From Octopus sinensis (lineage: Eukaryota): DNA of 64,000 nt. The stretch's first letter is position 1. The number at the start of each line of letters is the position of its first letter. Position numbers and translations under genes: made by a program. The stretch lies in NCBI RefSeq assembly GCF_006345805.1, contig NC_043007.1:64976001-65040000 (forward strand), written 5' to 3'. A model generated the notes under the pieces. It was not told the DNA's origin and ran no database searches. It was given only the letters and a program-made list of their open reading frames with translations. Below, piece after piece: positions 11,531 to 23,976 of this stretch.

Positions 11531-11994
11531 TTTCTTAGTGAAAATCGTGCGGGTGTTAATCTGTAATTTTACCCATAGTAATATATATATATATATTCAC
11601 CTACCATATGTTCCAAATCATGAGCCTCGTCTCCAAGAAATGGAAGAAGTATTAACCAGCCTGGATGACATCTTGTACATATTTCTTTTGGGGATTTCAA
11701 CCTCCTTTATGTCAAATGGCCTGAGAGCCACATTCTCTCAGGCATGCAGAAAATCTGCATGGAAAATGGAGACCCCCTCCTGTGTTATGAAGTTGAAATA
11801 ATAGACAGAGAACACCACTGCAAAATACGAAGACGTTTACCATATTCTTTGATAAATTTGTTCGAAACTTTTACCGGCATCCTCTCTGTCGCCGGGTATA
11901 ATCTGCGTCTGCGCAGTGGTCTGAAAGGTTAGGATATACAAGCAGTTAGTTTTACATGTAGATCTGGCTGTGTGTGTATTTGAAATCGAAAGGC

Positions 11995-12066
11995 TGTGCA
12001 CTGATGAAACTGGCCTTCAGCAAATATTTTTTTTGCTGGAAATATATAGAAACCATGGTCTGGGAA
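11995..12066 (+). ncRNA. degenerate type I hammerhead ribozyme-like motif
   Basis: CTGATGA (12001), hairpin ttcagcaaa/tttgctgga, then GAAACCATGGTC with palindromic stem III and a GUC triplet. The base of stem II and stem I pair poorly. Confidence 0.4.
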
Positions 12067-12937
12067 ACAATTGAGATGGTGAACGTTTTTAATTTTCATT
12101 CCTTTCGAAAATTTATCCTTTTTGTTGGTTTTGAGTTTTCTACTGCTCTTTCTAGCACAAGGCTTTCCTATTTGGAAGCCTCTTATTGTATTTCTACGTG
12201 AATAATATATAGTCTAATGACTAATTTGTTTTTGTGCTAGGCCACTGGTAACAATAATTTCTTATTACCCTATTGTTTTATATATATATATATATATATA
12301 TATGGGTGTGTGTATGTAGTTATGTATGTATATATGCGTGTGTGTGTGTGTGTGTGTGTTTTGTGTATATGTGCATGCAAGTGTGCGCACGCACGCTTGT
12401 GTGGAATATGTCCAGATCGAGGATATAAATATGAACAGGTGTATTAAACAGAAGTCGACGATGAACGATAACTGCTGCACTTAACCCTCCAAATAAATGA
12501 TTGAAAAAATAGATTCGTGTATGTGTGTGTATTTGTGTGTGTCACTGTTTTTATCCGTTTGCTCTCTCTGTCTCTTTATTTACGCTCAATCTCAGATAGT
12601 TTTCCCCTCTTTTCTTTTCATTCAATCCGTATATTTTTCTGCCTCTCATCTACTCTTCTTCTAGTAATCTTGCTTCTCCTGTACCCACTCACCATTCTTT
12701 CATTTGTTTTCCTCTCACTCTCTGTATGTGTCCAACTTTATTTGGCTCACCTGGTAAGAAGCCAAGAGTGGATTTATTTTTGAACAGTTCCACCTCCTCC
12801 GTCATTAAACCGTAGCAAATAGATTTAGTATATTACAAAAGATCACACGCAGAGAAATACGCAAAATCGCAAGCATACAAACACACATACACACATATTT
12901 GTATGTATGTATGTATGTATGTATGTATGTATGTATG

Positions 12938-12977
<40 letters not shown>

Positions 12978-13512
12978 TGTGTGTAGGTGTAGGTTGTATG
13001 TATTAAAAATAAGTTACATATAGTATAATTGTATACTATCAAACTGGACTGGTCAAAGTTATGTGGCCAAAGGCACTCACACGGAGATCGCTTTTCTGGA
13101 AAGAACATCCATGCGTACATGTGCCCGCGCCTTAGAAGTACAGAAAACTAGTTGGAATCGAGCCCGAAATAGTAATTTCTAGTCACAGGGCCACACATAT
13201 TGGGTGGGGTGCGGTTATACCGTAATATTTATCCTCACTTAAAGTGTGTGTTCTATTAGAACGAACTATACTGCGGTAGTTACTACGAGAGGAACTCTCA
13301 TATTAGATTTTTGGTACAAAATATACTCCTGTTTATATCGCTAGCGATGAGATGAATCCCAGCTATCTCCATCGCTGAGACCACCAACCATTTGACTTCG
13401 ACCGCTAGAGACAACAGCGACTCATCTTCCCGCCAGCAATATATAGATATGACTTACTGAGGGTAGCATAGGGCTGCAAGGAGAAAATAGACCGTTCTGT
13501 ATAAATAAATAA

Positions 13513-14190
13513 ATAAATGTATGTAGCAGACCTGACAACCCCTATAGCAGCAGCAACAGGTCCAGTGCCACCACCAGCTATAACAGCAATAACAGCAGCA
13601 GCAGTGATAGTCGCCCTAGCAGAAACATCAGTGGAACCACAGCTAATGACACCTCTAGCAGCAATAGCAACTCTCCCACCAATGAAGTGGACCACAATAA
13701 CAACAGCAGTGCCTTCACCATAACCGGCAATGCCAATACCATTACCAACGCCACCACCAACTCCAGCGACGACAACACCAGCAGTTCCAGCTTCAACAAC
13801 AATGTCGGCGGCAACAGCAACAGCAACAAGAGCACCAGCAGGTACAGCACCGACAACATACGTCCACGGAGATACATTGGAAGTTCTGGGAACTCTTTCA
13901 AGCAATGTCTCTCCAATCACAAGTCCTCCTTCAGAGTTCCAGAAAGGATATACGTAACATTCCTGGCCAGCCACGTCTGGCAACTAATTCACGATTGGAT
14001 TCCATATTCGATCTCATGGAAAATCCTTGAGACTCCAGGCCCCTACATCAGAAGTCGAAGCATTGCATGTTATCCATTGCTGAACGCGCAAGAATCCTCA
14101 AAGACTCCGAACAAGTGAACATCCTTAACACCAGAACGGAGATTTTCGGCCGATATTTACATTTCAGGAGGTTCCTGCTAGCCTTCTCGA
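13513..14190 (+). mobile_element. Penelope-like element GIY-YIG endonuclease relic with S/N/T-rich linker
   Basis: RRYIGSSGNSFKQCLSNHKSSFR...LASHVWQL...YSISWKILE, then after a frameshift CMLSIAERARI...ILNTRTEI. This matches the PLE C-terminal pattern YIG..FK.R..NHK.SF..W.L..WKI..C.LC..E..LN.R.E. Confidence 0.85.
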
Positions 14191-14399
14191 GCCCGCAAGA
14201 TGGTGGCACAGCCGGAAGTTGATAGCCATTAGCAAAAGAAGATAATCCCCAATTGTTACCTTTGAGTAGTAGTGAGGCATTTCCCCCTCCATATTTTAAA
14301 AAGGTCTTGAGCCAGCAGGTTCTTGGAATCTGACGATACACTATAAAGCTAAACATTTTATGGACGGGAATCCCATAAACCGGCCTTCCCCATTTTTAA

Positions 14400-14815
14400 T
14401 AGATATATACATATTACAGTTCAATATTTAAGAGATGAGGAATTATGTACATTATTTACATAATTTACACTTGGCGGATATTTGTCCTTATCTTATTTGT
14501 TGTTAACACAACGTTTCGACTGTTGTTATTGTTAAGCAACAAGACGGGTAGGGGTGATTAGGTGATGGTCTAGGGCTTAGGGGAGGGAGACCCCAGACCT
14601 TGGAAAAAAACCTTCCGTCGTCTTGTTGTAGTCGAGGGCTCCTCGTTGACGCCCGACACCACTGGGAGGTGGCCCTCGAAGTCGCTGGAAATGGAGATCT
14701 CCAGGCCCAAATTCTTGGGCGGCCAACGTTTCGGCTGATATACCCCCCCAGCCTTCGTCAGGAATCTTGGGGAAATTTCGAACCTGGGTTCTCATTTCTA
14801 AGGTATTTTTCGTTA
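14400..14815 (-). mobile_element. Penelope-type terminal repeat fragments with a hammerhead-like core
   Basis: Minus strand CTGACGA-a-ggctg-loop-cagcc-GAAACGTT at 14761-14725; partial second copy (cagtcgaaacgttgtgttaac) at 14503-14522; adjacent to the GIY-YIG relic. Confidence 0.5.
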
Positions 14816-14939
14816 TTGTTGTTGTTGTTATTACTATTATTATTATTATTATTATTATTATTATCATTATTATTATTATTATTATTATTACAACAACATC
14901 GAAATGTCCCAAGATACATTTATACATATATATACATAA

Positions 14940-15008
<69 letters not shown>

Positions 15009-15085
15009 TATATACATATGCCTATATATATATATACATATATACATATACATATATATTTACATATATACATATATACATATAT
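14815..15085. repeat. (TTA)n and (TA)n microsatellites
   Basis: Directly visible. Confidence 0.95.
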
Positions 15086-15284
15086 AAAATTACAAATAAT
15101 AAATTCGTAAATATATAAGGACACAGGAAATGTATCAAGGCCGACAGGAAGCGTCGATGCTTCCTAGGGCTAAACAGCGGTGGTGTAATTCCCTTACAGG
15201 ACTGTCACGTTAAGTTGACAGTATACAACCACTCTATAATATACTATGAATATAACATAAGATAACATAAAGAATCATTAAAAA

Positions 15285-15378
15285 ACCAAAATAGCCAACA
15301 ATTTGTTTCGACTTATATACATCATTTGAGTTATAAACAATACATATCCACTTACATAAGTCTCTTCAGAGTTTTGGC
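15285..15378 (-). ncRNA. type I hammerhead ribozyme-like motif
   Basis: Minus strand: ccaaaact-CTGAAGA-gacttatgta...tatataagtc-GAAAC-aaatt-GTT-ggctattttgg. Stem II is 10 bp, stem III near-palindromic, stem I bulged. Confidence 0.5.
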
Positions 15379-15837
15379 TTATAGACAGGCGCAATTCCGT
15401 GTGGATGGACGGCTAGATTGTAAAAAAATAATAATAATTCAAATGCTATGTAGTATGATTGTGAGCGTTAACTTTCAACTACATAACAATTACAATTAAA
15501 AAACAAAAACAAAATTAGAATCTACAAAAAATAGAATCTACAACTATCGAAGTATATTTCTATAGAAAGAACGAGTAACTATTTAAAGGGCGGGATGCAC
15601 ATGACCATTGCAAATCCGATCTTCCCGGAGAAGTGAGAGATATTAATACGATTGATGTCCATGTCGAACATTTTTACGTTTGTTGTCCACATACACACAC
15701 ACAAAGAACTGCAATTCGAAGAGGGAAAAAAAGACTGGAGGAAATCTTTATTTAGGAGTCTTAGTGATGCAACACATTAAAATTGAGAAGAGAGATAGAC
15801 TCCTGACATGAGTGTAACAGGTAAAAGATAAAGGATA

Positions 15838-15877
<40 letters not shown>

Positions 15878-15989
15878 GGGACTAGGTGGGAAAAATTAAA
15901 TAAATAGATCGCTCATAGGAGCAGTACCAAATATCTAACCAGAAAGAAAGGGCCTCTATGTAATACTTCGGCCAGCAAAGAATATTGTC

Positions 15990-16201
15990 TTCGAATTTTG
16001 GCATAAGGCCATCAATTTCGCGTAAGGGCGTAAGTCGATTATATCGATCCCAGTGCTCAGCTGGTACTTATTTTATCAACCCCGAATGGAGGAAAGGCAA
16101 AGTCACCCTTGGAGGAATTTGAAGTGAGAACGTGAAGACGGACGAAATGTCGTCAAGCATTTCATTCGGCATGCTAGCAATTCTGCCGGCTCGCCACCTT
16201 A
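15990..16201 (-). mobile_element. SINE family A (old subfamily)
   Basis: Reverse of the aaggtggcgagccggcagaa head, the ctttgcctttcc...ggggttgataaaataagtacc core and the ggccttatgccaaaattcga tail. Confidence 0.85.
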
Positions 16202-16669
16202 TACCTGCAAGAAATATTGCCAAGTCTCCTTCATTTCACGCCTTAAAAAATCAGAAAGAGAAGAATGTATTGTATCATATCGATAGATCTACTCAATATT
16301 TGAAAAATGAAGATTGCATGATATGTGGAACATGTTTGATTGCAAGTCTGGTCTGCTCGATGGTCAAAGTTAGCCTGGAGATATCCATTTTCCATACATA
16401 TTAGTTATTATTAGTTAATTGTCCTGTGGATAAACAAAAACAACAATCAATATTTGTACGAGCCAACCAGTCTCTATATGGTCCCTGGAAATGCTAGAAA
16501 TCGAAGCCAAATATTTCTCGGATAATACTGTAGTGTTTGAAAGAAATGGTGCTACTTAGAAAAGAAAGGTTAACACGAACGACTAAGGTAATTTCATCAC
16601 AAGATTATCAACCATCTTTCTAATAACAACTTTGGACACTTTTTTGAAGTCCCTGTTTTTATCATATGA

Positions 16670-16970
16670 CGGTAAAATGTGCAACATTCATGTCTTTCAG
16701 AAAATGTTTTTCCCTCTCAGAATTATTGAAATGTGGAATAAACTCCCATATTTCCAGAAATGCTACTCCTGTTCCTGTGCACCTCCCCACCCTATGAATC
16801 TGTTCACTTTTCTGTCATTTTGTCTTTTATCCGTTGTACTATGCACGGGCTTTTGACTATCATTGCTGTCTTTCTTTACTTCCTGCTTTCTGTCTGACTT
16901 GTTCCTTTGTTCTTCTTCGACGAGCAGTAGTGCACCTGAACACTGTTTATGATAAGCTCTATTATCAGTC
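16670..16970 (+). mobile_element. CR1/L2-type LINE 3' fragment
   Basis: MFFPLRIIEMWNKLP resembles the CR1 ORF2 C-terminal motif FFSxRVVxxWNxLP. Confidence 0.6.
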
Positions 16971-17462
16971 TGTTCAATCAAAGCTGGCCTAGGGCTAAAG
17001 CACCGACAACATCAATAAAAACATAATTTTTAACATTATCAGCAGCAACTATCTTTTACAAAGATTTATTTTTTCATCCTATTTTTGCTATAGAAACTGT
17101 AGCCCTAAGTTCAAATCCTTACAAGTATTTCTTTCAATTTTGGGGTACTTTAACTTAGGTTATCACTTGTCCTTTACTAGAGGCTGAGGCCATACTGGCA
17201 GACTTTACAGTCGAGAATCGCGACCAGAGTACAGTCTCGACTCTTTCTCTTTAGCCGCAATAATGTACCTTAGACCAATTTTCGCAATAACGAACTAAAG
17301 ACAGTTACGTTGCATGAAAATAATTGATTCAAGTATGGACACAAAGCCTGGAAATGTGTGGGTGGGGTTGATTAAATTTCCTGACAATAATTGTTTCTAA
17401 TTTAGGTACGAGGCCAGAAATGTCGAGCGGAGAGCATTAGTCAATTGCATCAACTACATTTT

Positions 17463-17693
17463 GGCGGCGAGCTGGCAGAAACGTTAGCACGCCGGGCGAA
17501 ATGCGTAGCTGTATTTCGTCTGTCGTCACGTTCCGAGTTCAAATTCCGCCGAGGTCGACTTTGCCTTTCATCCTTTCGGGGTCGATAAATTAAGTACCAG
17601 TTACACACTGGGGTCGATATAATCGACTTAATCCGTTTGTCTGACCTCGTTTGTCCCGTCTGTGTTTAGCCCCTTGTGGGTAGTAAAGAAATA
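17463..17693 (+). mobile_element. SINE family A (young subfamily), full length
   Basis: tRNA-like head ggcggcgagctggcagaa with B-box gagttcaaattcc, Deu/Nin-like core gcctttcatcctttcggggtcgataaattaagtacc and tail tagccccttgtgggtagtaaagaaata. Near-identical to 38574 and 46306. Confidence 0.92.
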
Positions 17694-18877
17694 TATATAT
17701 TTTAGCGTGAGAATTAGAGATCAATGTCCTTAGCCGTCACAGGCCTTCCTTGCATGAAATTAATTAATTGATACCGTTACGGTTAATATGTTTAATATTC
17801 AACTTGAAATTTTCGATGGTCAAACGTTGAAGTGGGATGCTCATAATTCGGGCCTGGTTTCTGGAATGATGTGTATCTGAAAAGAAAATAATGGGAAAGC
17901 GATTCGTGAGTGTTCTACACAACGCAAAAGATAAATGAAAACTAAAAACAAGGCAAGTTTAATTATAGTCAACCATTTTTATTCATTCAAGCATTTAGTT
18001 ATTTCGACCAACTTTATCACAGCATAAAGTCCATCCTTACTGCACATTGCTGTTGCTATTTAGACCCCGACACAGCAAAATATGATGAAAGCGCTCCAGC
18101 CATGTCAATACTATCTTTTTATTAAAATCGTCAAACTGTGATTTCAAGGAAATTTAGCTGCTACATTTCGCAAATTGAGATCTAAGAATGATGAAAAGCT
18201 TAAATCAATCTTCAATAAAATTTGAACACAGAAATTAGAAGGATAAAAGTAAATAGCTGCAAGTGCATTTTGTTCACAAGCTGTCTCCTACTTTTTTACT
18301 CTACATTGCCGCGTTCATCATGAATAGTTAACGATCAACAGAAAATAGTTGTTGTAATAAAGTAAAGTATATTTTGCATTGTTAATCAAACGGCATAACT
18401 TCAGTTTTAAACTGCTATGGACTATTAAAGATTTAAGTGAGCTTAATACCATATTAACTTTTACTGCTCTAGGTACCCGTGAACTTAGATTGATGCAATA
18501 AACGCTGCCCGAATTTGTTGCTAGTAGTAGTAGTAGTGGTAGTAGTAGTAGTAGTAGTAGTAGTAGTTATTGTTGTCATCATCACTGTAGTGACAGCTGC
18601 TGCTGAGCCTGTTGGTAATGCTGTTTTCATAACTGCTGTTGTTATCATTCATACCTTTGTTTTATCTCTTTCTATTGTTATTACTCCCTTCTTGGAGGAG
18701 GTTAAGTTATAATTGTAGGTGAGCAACATTTTCTTTGACATCTCTACATCAATATATCACTTTTTAATTAGTCACTTTATCACTTTACGTTTTCTTTTTG
18801 TTGTTTTCCAACCTGTCCATTTCATTTTCCCTTTCTTCGTTAGTTTCATTTATTCCTCTTTCTCTACGTTGGTCACT

Positions 18878-18946
<69 letters not shown>

Positions 18947-19090
18947 GTATCTATCTATCTATCTATCTATCTATCTACCTACCTACCTACCTACCTACCT
19001 ACCTACCTACCTAATTACTTACCTACCTAACTACTTACCTACCCAACCTCTTACCTACCTACCTACCTACCTACCTACCTACCTACCTAC

Positions 19091-19145
<55 letters not shown>

Positions 19146-19175
19146 CACACACACATACACACACTCGCGCACACA
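18878..19175. repeat. compound (TATC)n(TACC)n(TATC)n(CA)n microsatellite
   Basis: Directly visible. Confidence 0.95.
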
Positions 19176-19194
19176 CACAATTATGGAATTTATA

Positions 19195-19620
19195 GGCGTG
19201 GGCGTAGCTGTGTGGTAAGAAGCTTGCTTCCTAACCTCATGGTTTCGGGTTTCGTTCCACTGCATGATCCCTTCGGCAAAATTCTTCTACTATAGACACG
19301 ACCCGATAAAAATCTTGTGAGTAGGTTTGGTAAATGGAAACTGAAAGATGCCTATCATATATATTTATATGTGTGTATTTGTGTGTGTGTGTGTCCGTTT
19401 TTGCCCCCCCCCTCCGCCACGCTATCACTTGAAAAATGACGCTGGTGCCTTTACGTCCCCGTAACTTAGCGGTTTGGAAAAAAGATACAAAAAGAATAAG
19501 TACTGGGTCTACAAAGAATGAGTCCTGGGGTCGATTTCTTCGAATAAAACCCTTAAAGGCGGTGCTCCAGCATGGCCACAGTCAAATGACTGAAACAAGT
19601 GAAATATGAAAGAATATGAA
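19195..19620 (+). mobile_element. tRNA-derived SINE family B (CORE-like)
   Basis: Head ggcgtagctgtgtggtaagaagcttgcttcc...gggtttcgttcc; tail cccgtaacttagcggtt...ggtgctccagcatggccacagtcaaatgactgaaac. Related to 34330, 35955, 38400 and 58430. Confidence 0.8.
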
Positions 19621-19634
19621 AGAATATGTGTGTG

Positions 19635-19684
<50 letters not shown>

Positions 19685-19899
19685 TGTATGTATACGTATG
19701 TATATGTATATGCATATAGATACATAGACAGCTAGATTGACATAGAGATAAATAGATATAAGACATATGCCATAAGTAAAGAATCAAATCTGTCAGTAGG
19801 CCTTATTAATGTATATTGTTAACACACACATACACACACACACACATGCGTGTGTATAAGTGTATGATGTAAATTTAAATGTCTCTGAAAATATACATA

Positions 19900-20202
<303 letters not shown>

Positions 20203-21012
20203 AAATGGGATAAGAACGCAAAACACTCAAATAGATGACACAAAAAACGGACGGGTCATTCGAAGCCTCTAATCATCAGTCAAGAACCGGATCATCCTCG
20301 CAATTTCGGCTGATTAATCTTGAGATCACTCCGATCCAGCCAGCCCCAAGGAAAAACTAAGCTACGCGTATTAGATTTCTTGGAAAAAGGATCGAATGTA
20401 TACAAAACAAGGACAGAAAAACGGACGATGCCACACGAATATAAATACAAAAACAATAATAGTAATAACAGGACCAAAATAGCGGGTGTCTTACGACGTT
20501 AGACAGTTCAACTTAGCTTAACTGGCGTATTTGGAAAATAATGCCTTTACGGCAGACAAAGTAATCGATGTTGTCGTGGCGGTGGTCAGAAGCCGAAAGG
20601 CTAGTTGACTGGCGGTCACGTGAGAGGAGAAGAGAGAGGAAAAAAGGGGCAAAGGAATCAAAGAGAGAGAGAAAAAGAGGGACAAAGGCACCAAAGGGAG
20701 GGAGAAGAGAGAGAAAGAAGGAATTAAAGAGGGGAGAAGAAAGAGAGTGCGCCAAGGATTGGCTCGACGACAGAATCCGTGAGGTGCAAAGTGAGAAAGA
20801 CAGAGAAATGTGAAAGAGTGGGGGAAGAGGAGACCAAAGAATCAGAGGCGAGAAAACACGAAGAGCTGAAATCGAGGAAAGCCAGCCAATAAAAAATTTT
20901 ATTTTTAATTCGTTATTTCTATATTGAATCAATTTCGGAATTAATCTCATAATAGATTTTTTCCCCCTCAGTAGAAAATACGAAAAGATATAAATAAGAT
21001 GCTTATTTATAA

Positions 21013-21100
<88 letters not shown>

Positions 21101-21124
21101 TACATACATACATACATACATACA

Positions 21125-21202
<78 letters not shown>

Positions 21203-21214
21203 ACGCATGTGTGT

Positions 21215-22036
21215 ATGAAGAGTGCTCAGGATAAGAAAATATAATATCCCATCCAAAATTAAACGTATTTTAATATAACAAAAAATATCAACTAGATTAT
21301 GGCTGGGAAATAACTGTAGTCAAAGTAGCCACCATCATCTGACTACGGCTTGAAGACAGCTCCGCAATCTGGAGCATGTGTTCTTACTATGTCTCTGTGA
21401 AGATCTTCGAAACCGCCTTGATTTTGGCCACCAGCTCTGCCTTGCTGCTTCAGACAGAGTGGCTGGTGTCTTTCTCATCTGCGCTACTAATTTAGTAATC
21501 CAGTGATTACAATCGGAGTAATTAGCAGGCCAGATATTCGTGCTGCTGCTGTTGTAGAAATTCTCTGACCACACTTCTGAATCTTTCCGGAAGTATGGCA
21601 AGGAGCCGAATCCTCCTACTACATATATGGCTTACCAGAAGTAACCTTCACCCATGGTTTGACCACAATCTTAAGCAGCTTAAAATAGCCATTTCAATTG
21701 AGCCTAAGGCCCTGATCAAAGACTTGGGGATGAAATCTAGCGTATGGACGCAGTCAGAACACTAGCTGTGTCCCTTCCTGCTGGCTACGTATTCGTAGTC
21801 TCCATTGTAGCTATCCTTGTAATGTCCGCGTTTTGATATCAAGCACGAATCATCATCTTACAGGTAGCTCTTTTCCATTATTGAAATGGCTTACTGTCCT
21901 CCATGCCAACTAATTTTTTCTCAACTACAGCTATATTCTTCATGATTTCCAACGCCGTTGACTGTTCGCCAATACATGAAGTTCTTCCGGAAAAAAAGGA
22001 GACATAAAAATTGTCAACTCCAGCTCGAAAACCAGT

Positions 22037-22038
<2 letters not shown>
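21215..22038 (-). mobile_element. decayed Tc1/mariner-superfamily element (maT/DD37D-like)
   Basis: Minus strand **EDSAPCHTSGKIQK, SENFYN and NIWPAN-SDCN-LDY correspond to the QQDSAPCH and WPPNSPDxNPLDY catalytic motifs; frameshifted. Confidence 0.75.
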
Positions 22039-22085
<47 letters not shown>

Positions 22086-22138
22086 TGTGTGTGTGTGTGT
22101 GTGTGTGAGTGAATGCGTGCGCGCGCATGTATAACTGT

Positions 22139-22179
<41 letters not shown>

Positions 22180-22599
22180 AGCAGACAGTGGAATTTCTTT
22201 CCTCTTGACTCTTCCTTTTGCTTCAGTCTCCCTACTTTCTTTCCGTTTCTCTCCGTTGTTTTCCTTTCCACTTTCCATATCAGCTGCAGACGAAGTAAAG
22301 ACATTTTTAACATATATAACCGTTTTAAATTGAAATTTTCACATTGTTGGTATGGTAATTGATGTCATTTCAGTTGGCTTACCTCGTTATTTATTCCTGT
22401 CTCTTTTTTCTGTGTTCAAATATGCTGTGGGTTTAAGAAGTTCGCTTCGCAGCCACTGAACAGCAACTTGGGTGTTTTCTCCTTTAGCATTGTGACGGAA
22501 ACTCTCTGGAACCCCGTCGTACATACATACATGCATACATACATACATACATACATACATACATACATACATACATACATACATACATACATACATCCG

Positions 22600-23870
22600 T
22601 ACATAGAGGAAATCCACTATCAGAACCCGCAAAATCCTGACGACAACAAGGAACTTCCACAGAAGTAGTGATGTTTACAGGCTCTACTAAGAAGAAATGA
22701 AGATGGTAGAGGCCTGAGATCAGTGCAGACGGCCTTCGAATGCCGTATGGTATCACTCAGGCAGCACCTGCTGAACAACAACAGCAAAAATGAATATATA
22801 AATGCAGTGCTGAAAAGTGAAGTGAGCAACATTTTATGAGTTGGCAGCGAGATCCTAAAGAAGCCCTCTTTCCCTGATGATCTCCTATACAGCCCCAAAA
22901 CAGCTGGGCTCTCTTACCTCAGAGAAGACGTGGATAGAAAGGACTCAGCATACAAACAAAAAGACTATGCATGAGTATGTTGCTCGGAAGCTTGAAAAAG
23001 ACTGTAGAATTGATACGAAGAATAGCCTCTCTTGGCCGCAAGAACACTACATCAGATCACACTTGAAGGTTATGCATTTGCAATCCAGGAACAAGAGATT
23101 GCCATAAAGTACCTGGTTAACAAGAGAGACAGTGACGCTCTTGTAATCCTAAAGTGCAACCGCATGTGTAAGCTATGTCATGTTTCTGTGGAAGACATCA
23201 CGCATGTGATTAGCAGCTGTCCTAAAATTCGTGACGGTACTAACTCCTATGCGGCACGATGTTGTCGCTAAAATAATTTACAATGCCATCCAGGAGAAAG
23301 ACTATCCTGAAATAAACTTAGAAAATCTCCCTGTTATGGAATACATTCATAAACACCAACTCAAGGAATACTGGTGGAATATTCTCATCAAAATTTCTGT
23401 CAGATGTAAACATAACAGGTCAAATATTGTCGTTTGGGACAGAGGGGCAAAGGTATGCACCGTCATAGAGGTCAGCTGCCCTGCAGATATAAATATCTCT
23501 TTGAAAATCAAAGAAAAAGAGGACATCTATGAATAAATGCTTCGAAACCTCTAGCTTTTATATCCAGACTATGAATTCGTATTCATAGCAATAGTAATTG
23601 GAGCACTAGGTTTTGTTGGTAAATGCTTAAAGGAGAATCTGGATAAGCAGGGGTTTTCAGAAAGAGAAATCGACCGGCTAATTCGTATATTGCAAGTGCA
23701 ATCTTTGAGTGTAACAGTAAAAATATGCAAGACTTTTCTCAAGTGTGAATTTATGTATTTTTTCGCTGAAAATACCGAAGAAACGTGCCCATCAGTTTGT
23801 GTAACTGGCCATTCCCCCTACGTAATAGCGACATTCGGATCACAGGAAAGCGTGTATCTTATAAACAACT
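22600..23870 (+). mobile_element. RLE-type (Dong/R4-like) LINE, 3' portion
   Basis: GRGLRSVQ; AIQEQEI; zinc knuckle CKLCHVSVEDITHVISSC; RHDVVAK; restriction-like endonuclease HNRSNIVVWD...IEVSCPAD...KEK. Follows a (CATA)n tract. Confidence 0.9.
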
Positions 23871-23937
23871 TAAAATTATGTTTTCCTCGTTTTTCATGTG
23901 TTTGTGCGTGTGTATTTGTGTGTGCATGTGTGTATAT

Positions 23938-23976
<39 letters not shown>

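Larger units (their letters stand above)
8597..11573. mobile_element. non-autonomous foldback DNA transposon with ~1.3-1.4 kb inverted arms (Merlin-like termini)
   Basis: Left end ggtaaaattacagattaacacccgcacg is the exact reverse complement of the right end ...gggtgttaatctgtaattttacc. Direct repeat catagtaa flanks it at 8589-8596 and 11574-11581. Arms span ~8597-9897 and ~10149-11573 with a ~250 bp spacer. No transposase ORF. Confidence 0.9.

Noticed and set aside
13405-13983. 192-aa Ala/Val/Gly-rich minus ORF and overlapping mucin-like ORFs
   Set aside because: Alternative frames of the low-complexity Penelope linker.
17463-17550. tRNA gene
   Set aside because: It has A/B-box-like motifs but no cloverleaf and continues into a multi-copy SINE body.
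20250-20315. Minus-strand CTGATGA and nearby GAAA as a hammerhead
   Set aside because: No stem II or III pairing consistent with the core; similar partial motifs at ~33243 and ~57637 also lack CUGA.
22480-22522. Possible lone mariner-type TIR (tacgacggggttcc on the minus strand)
   Set aside because: No partner TIR or transposase sequence found.
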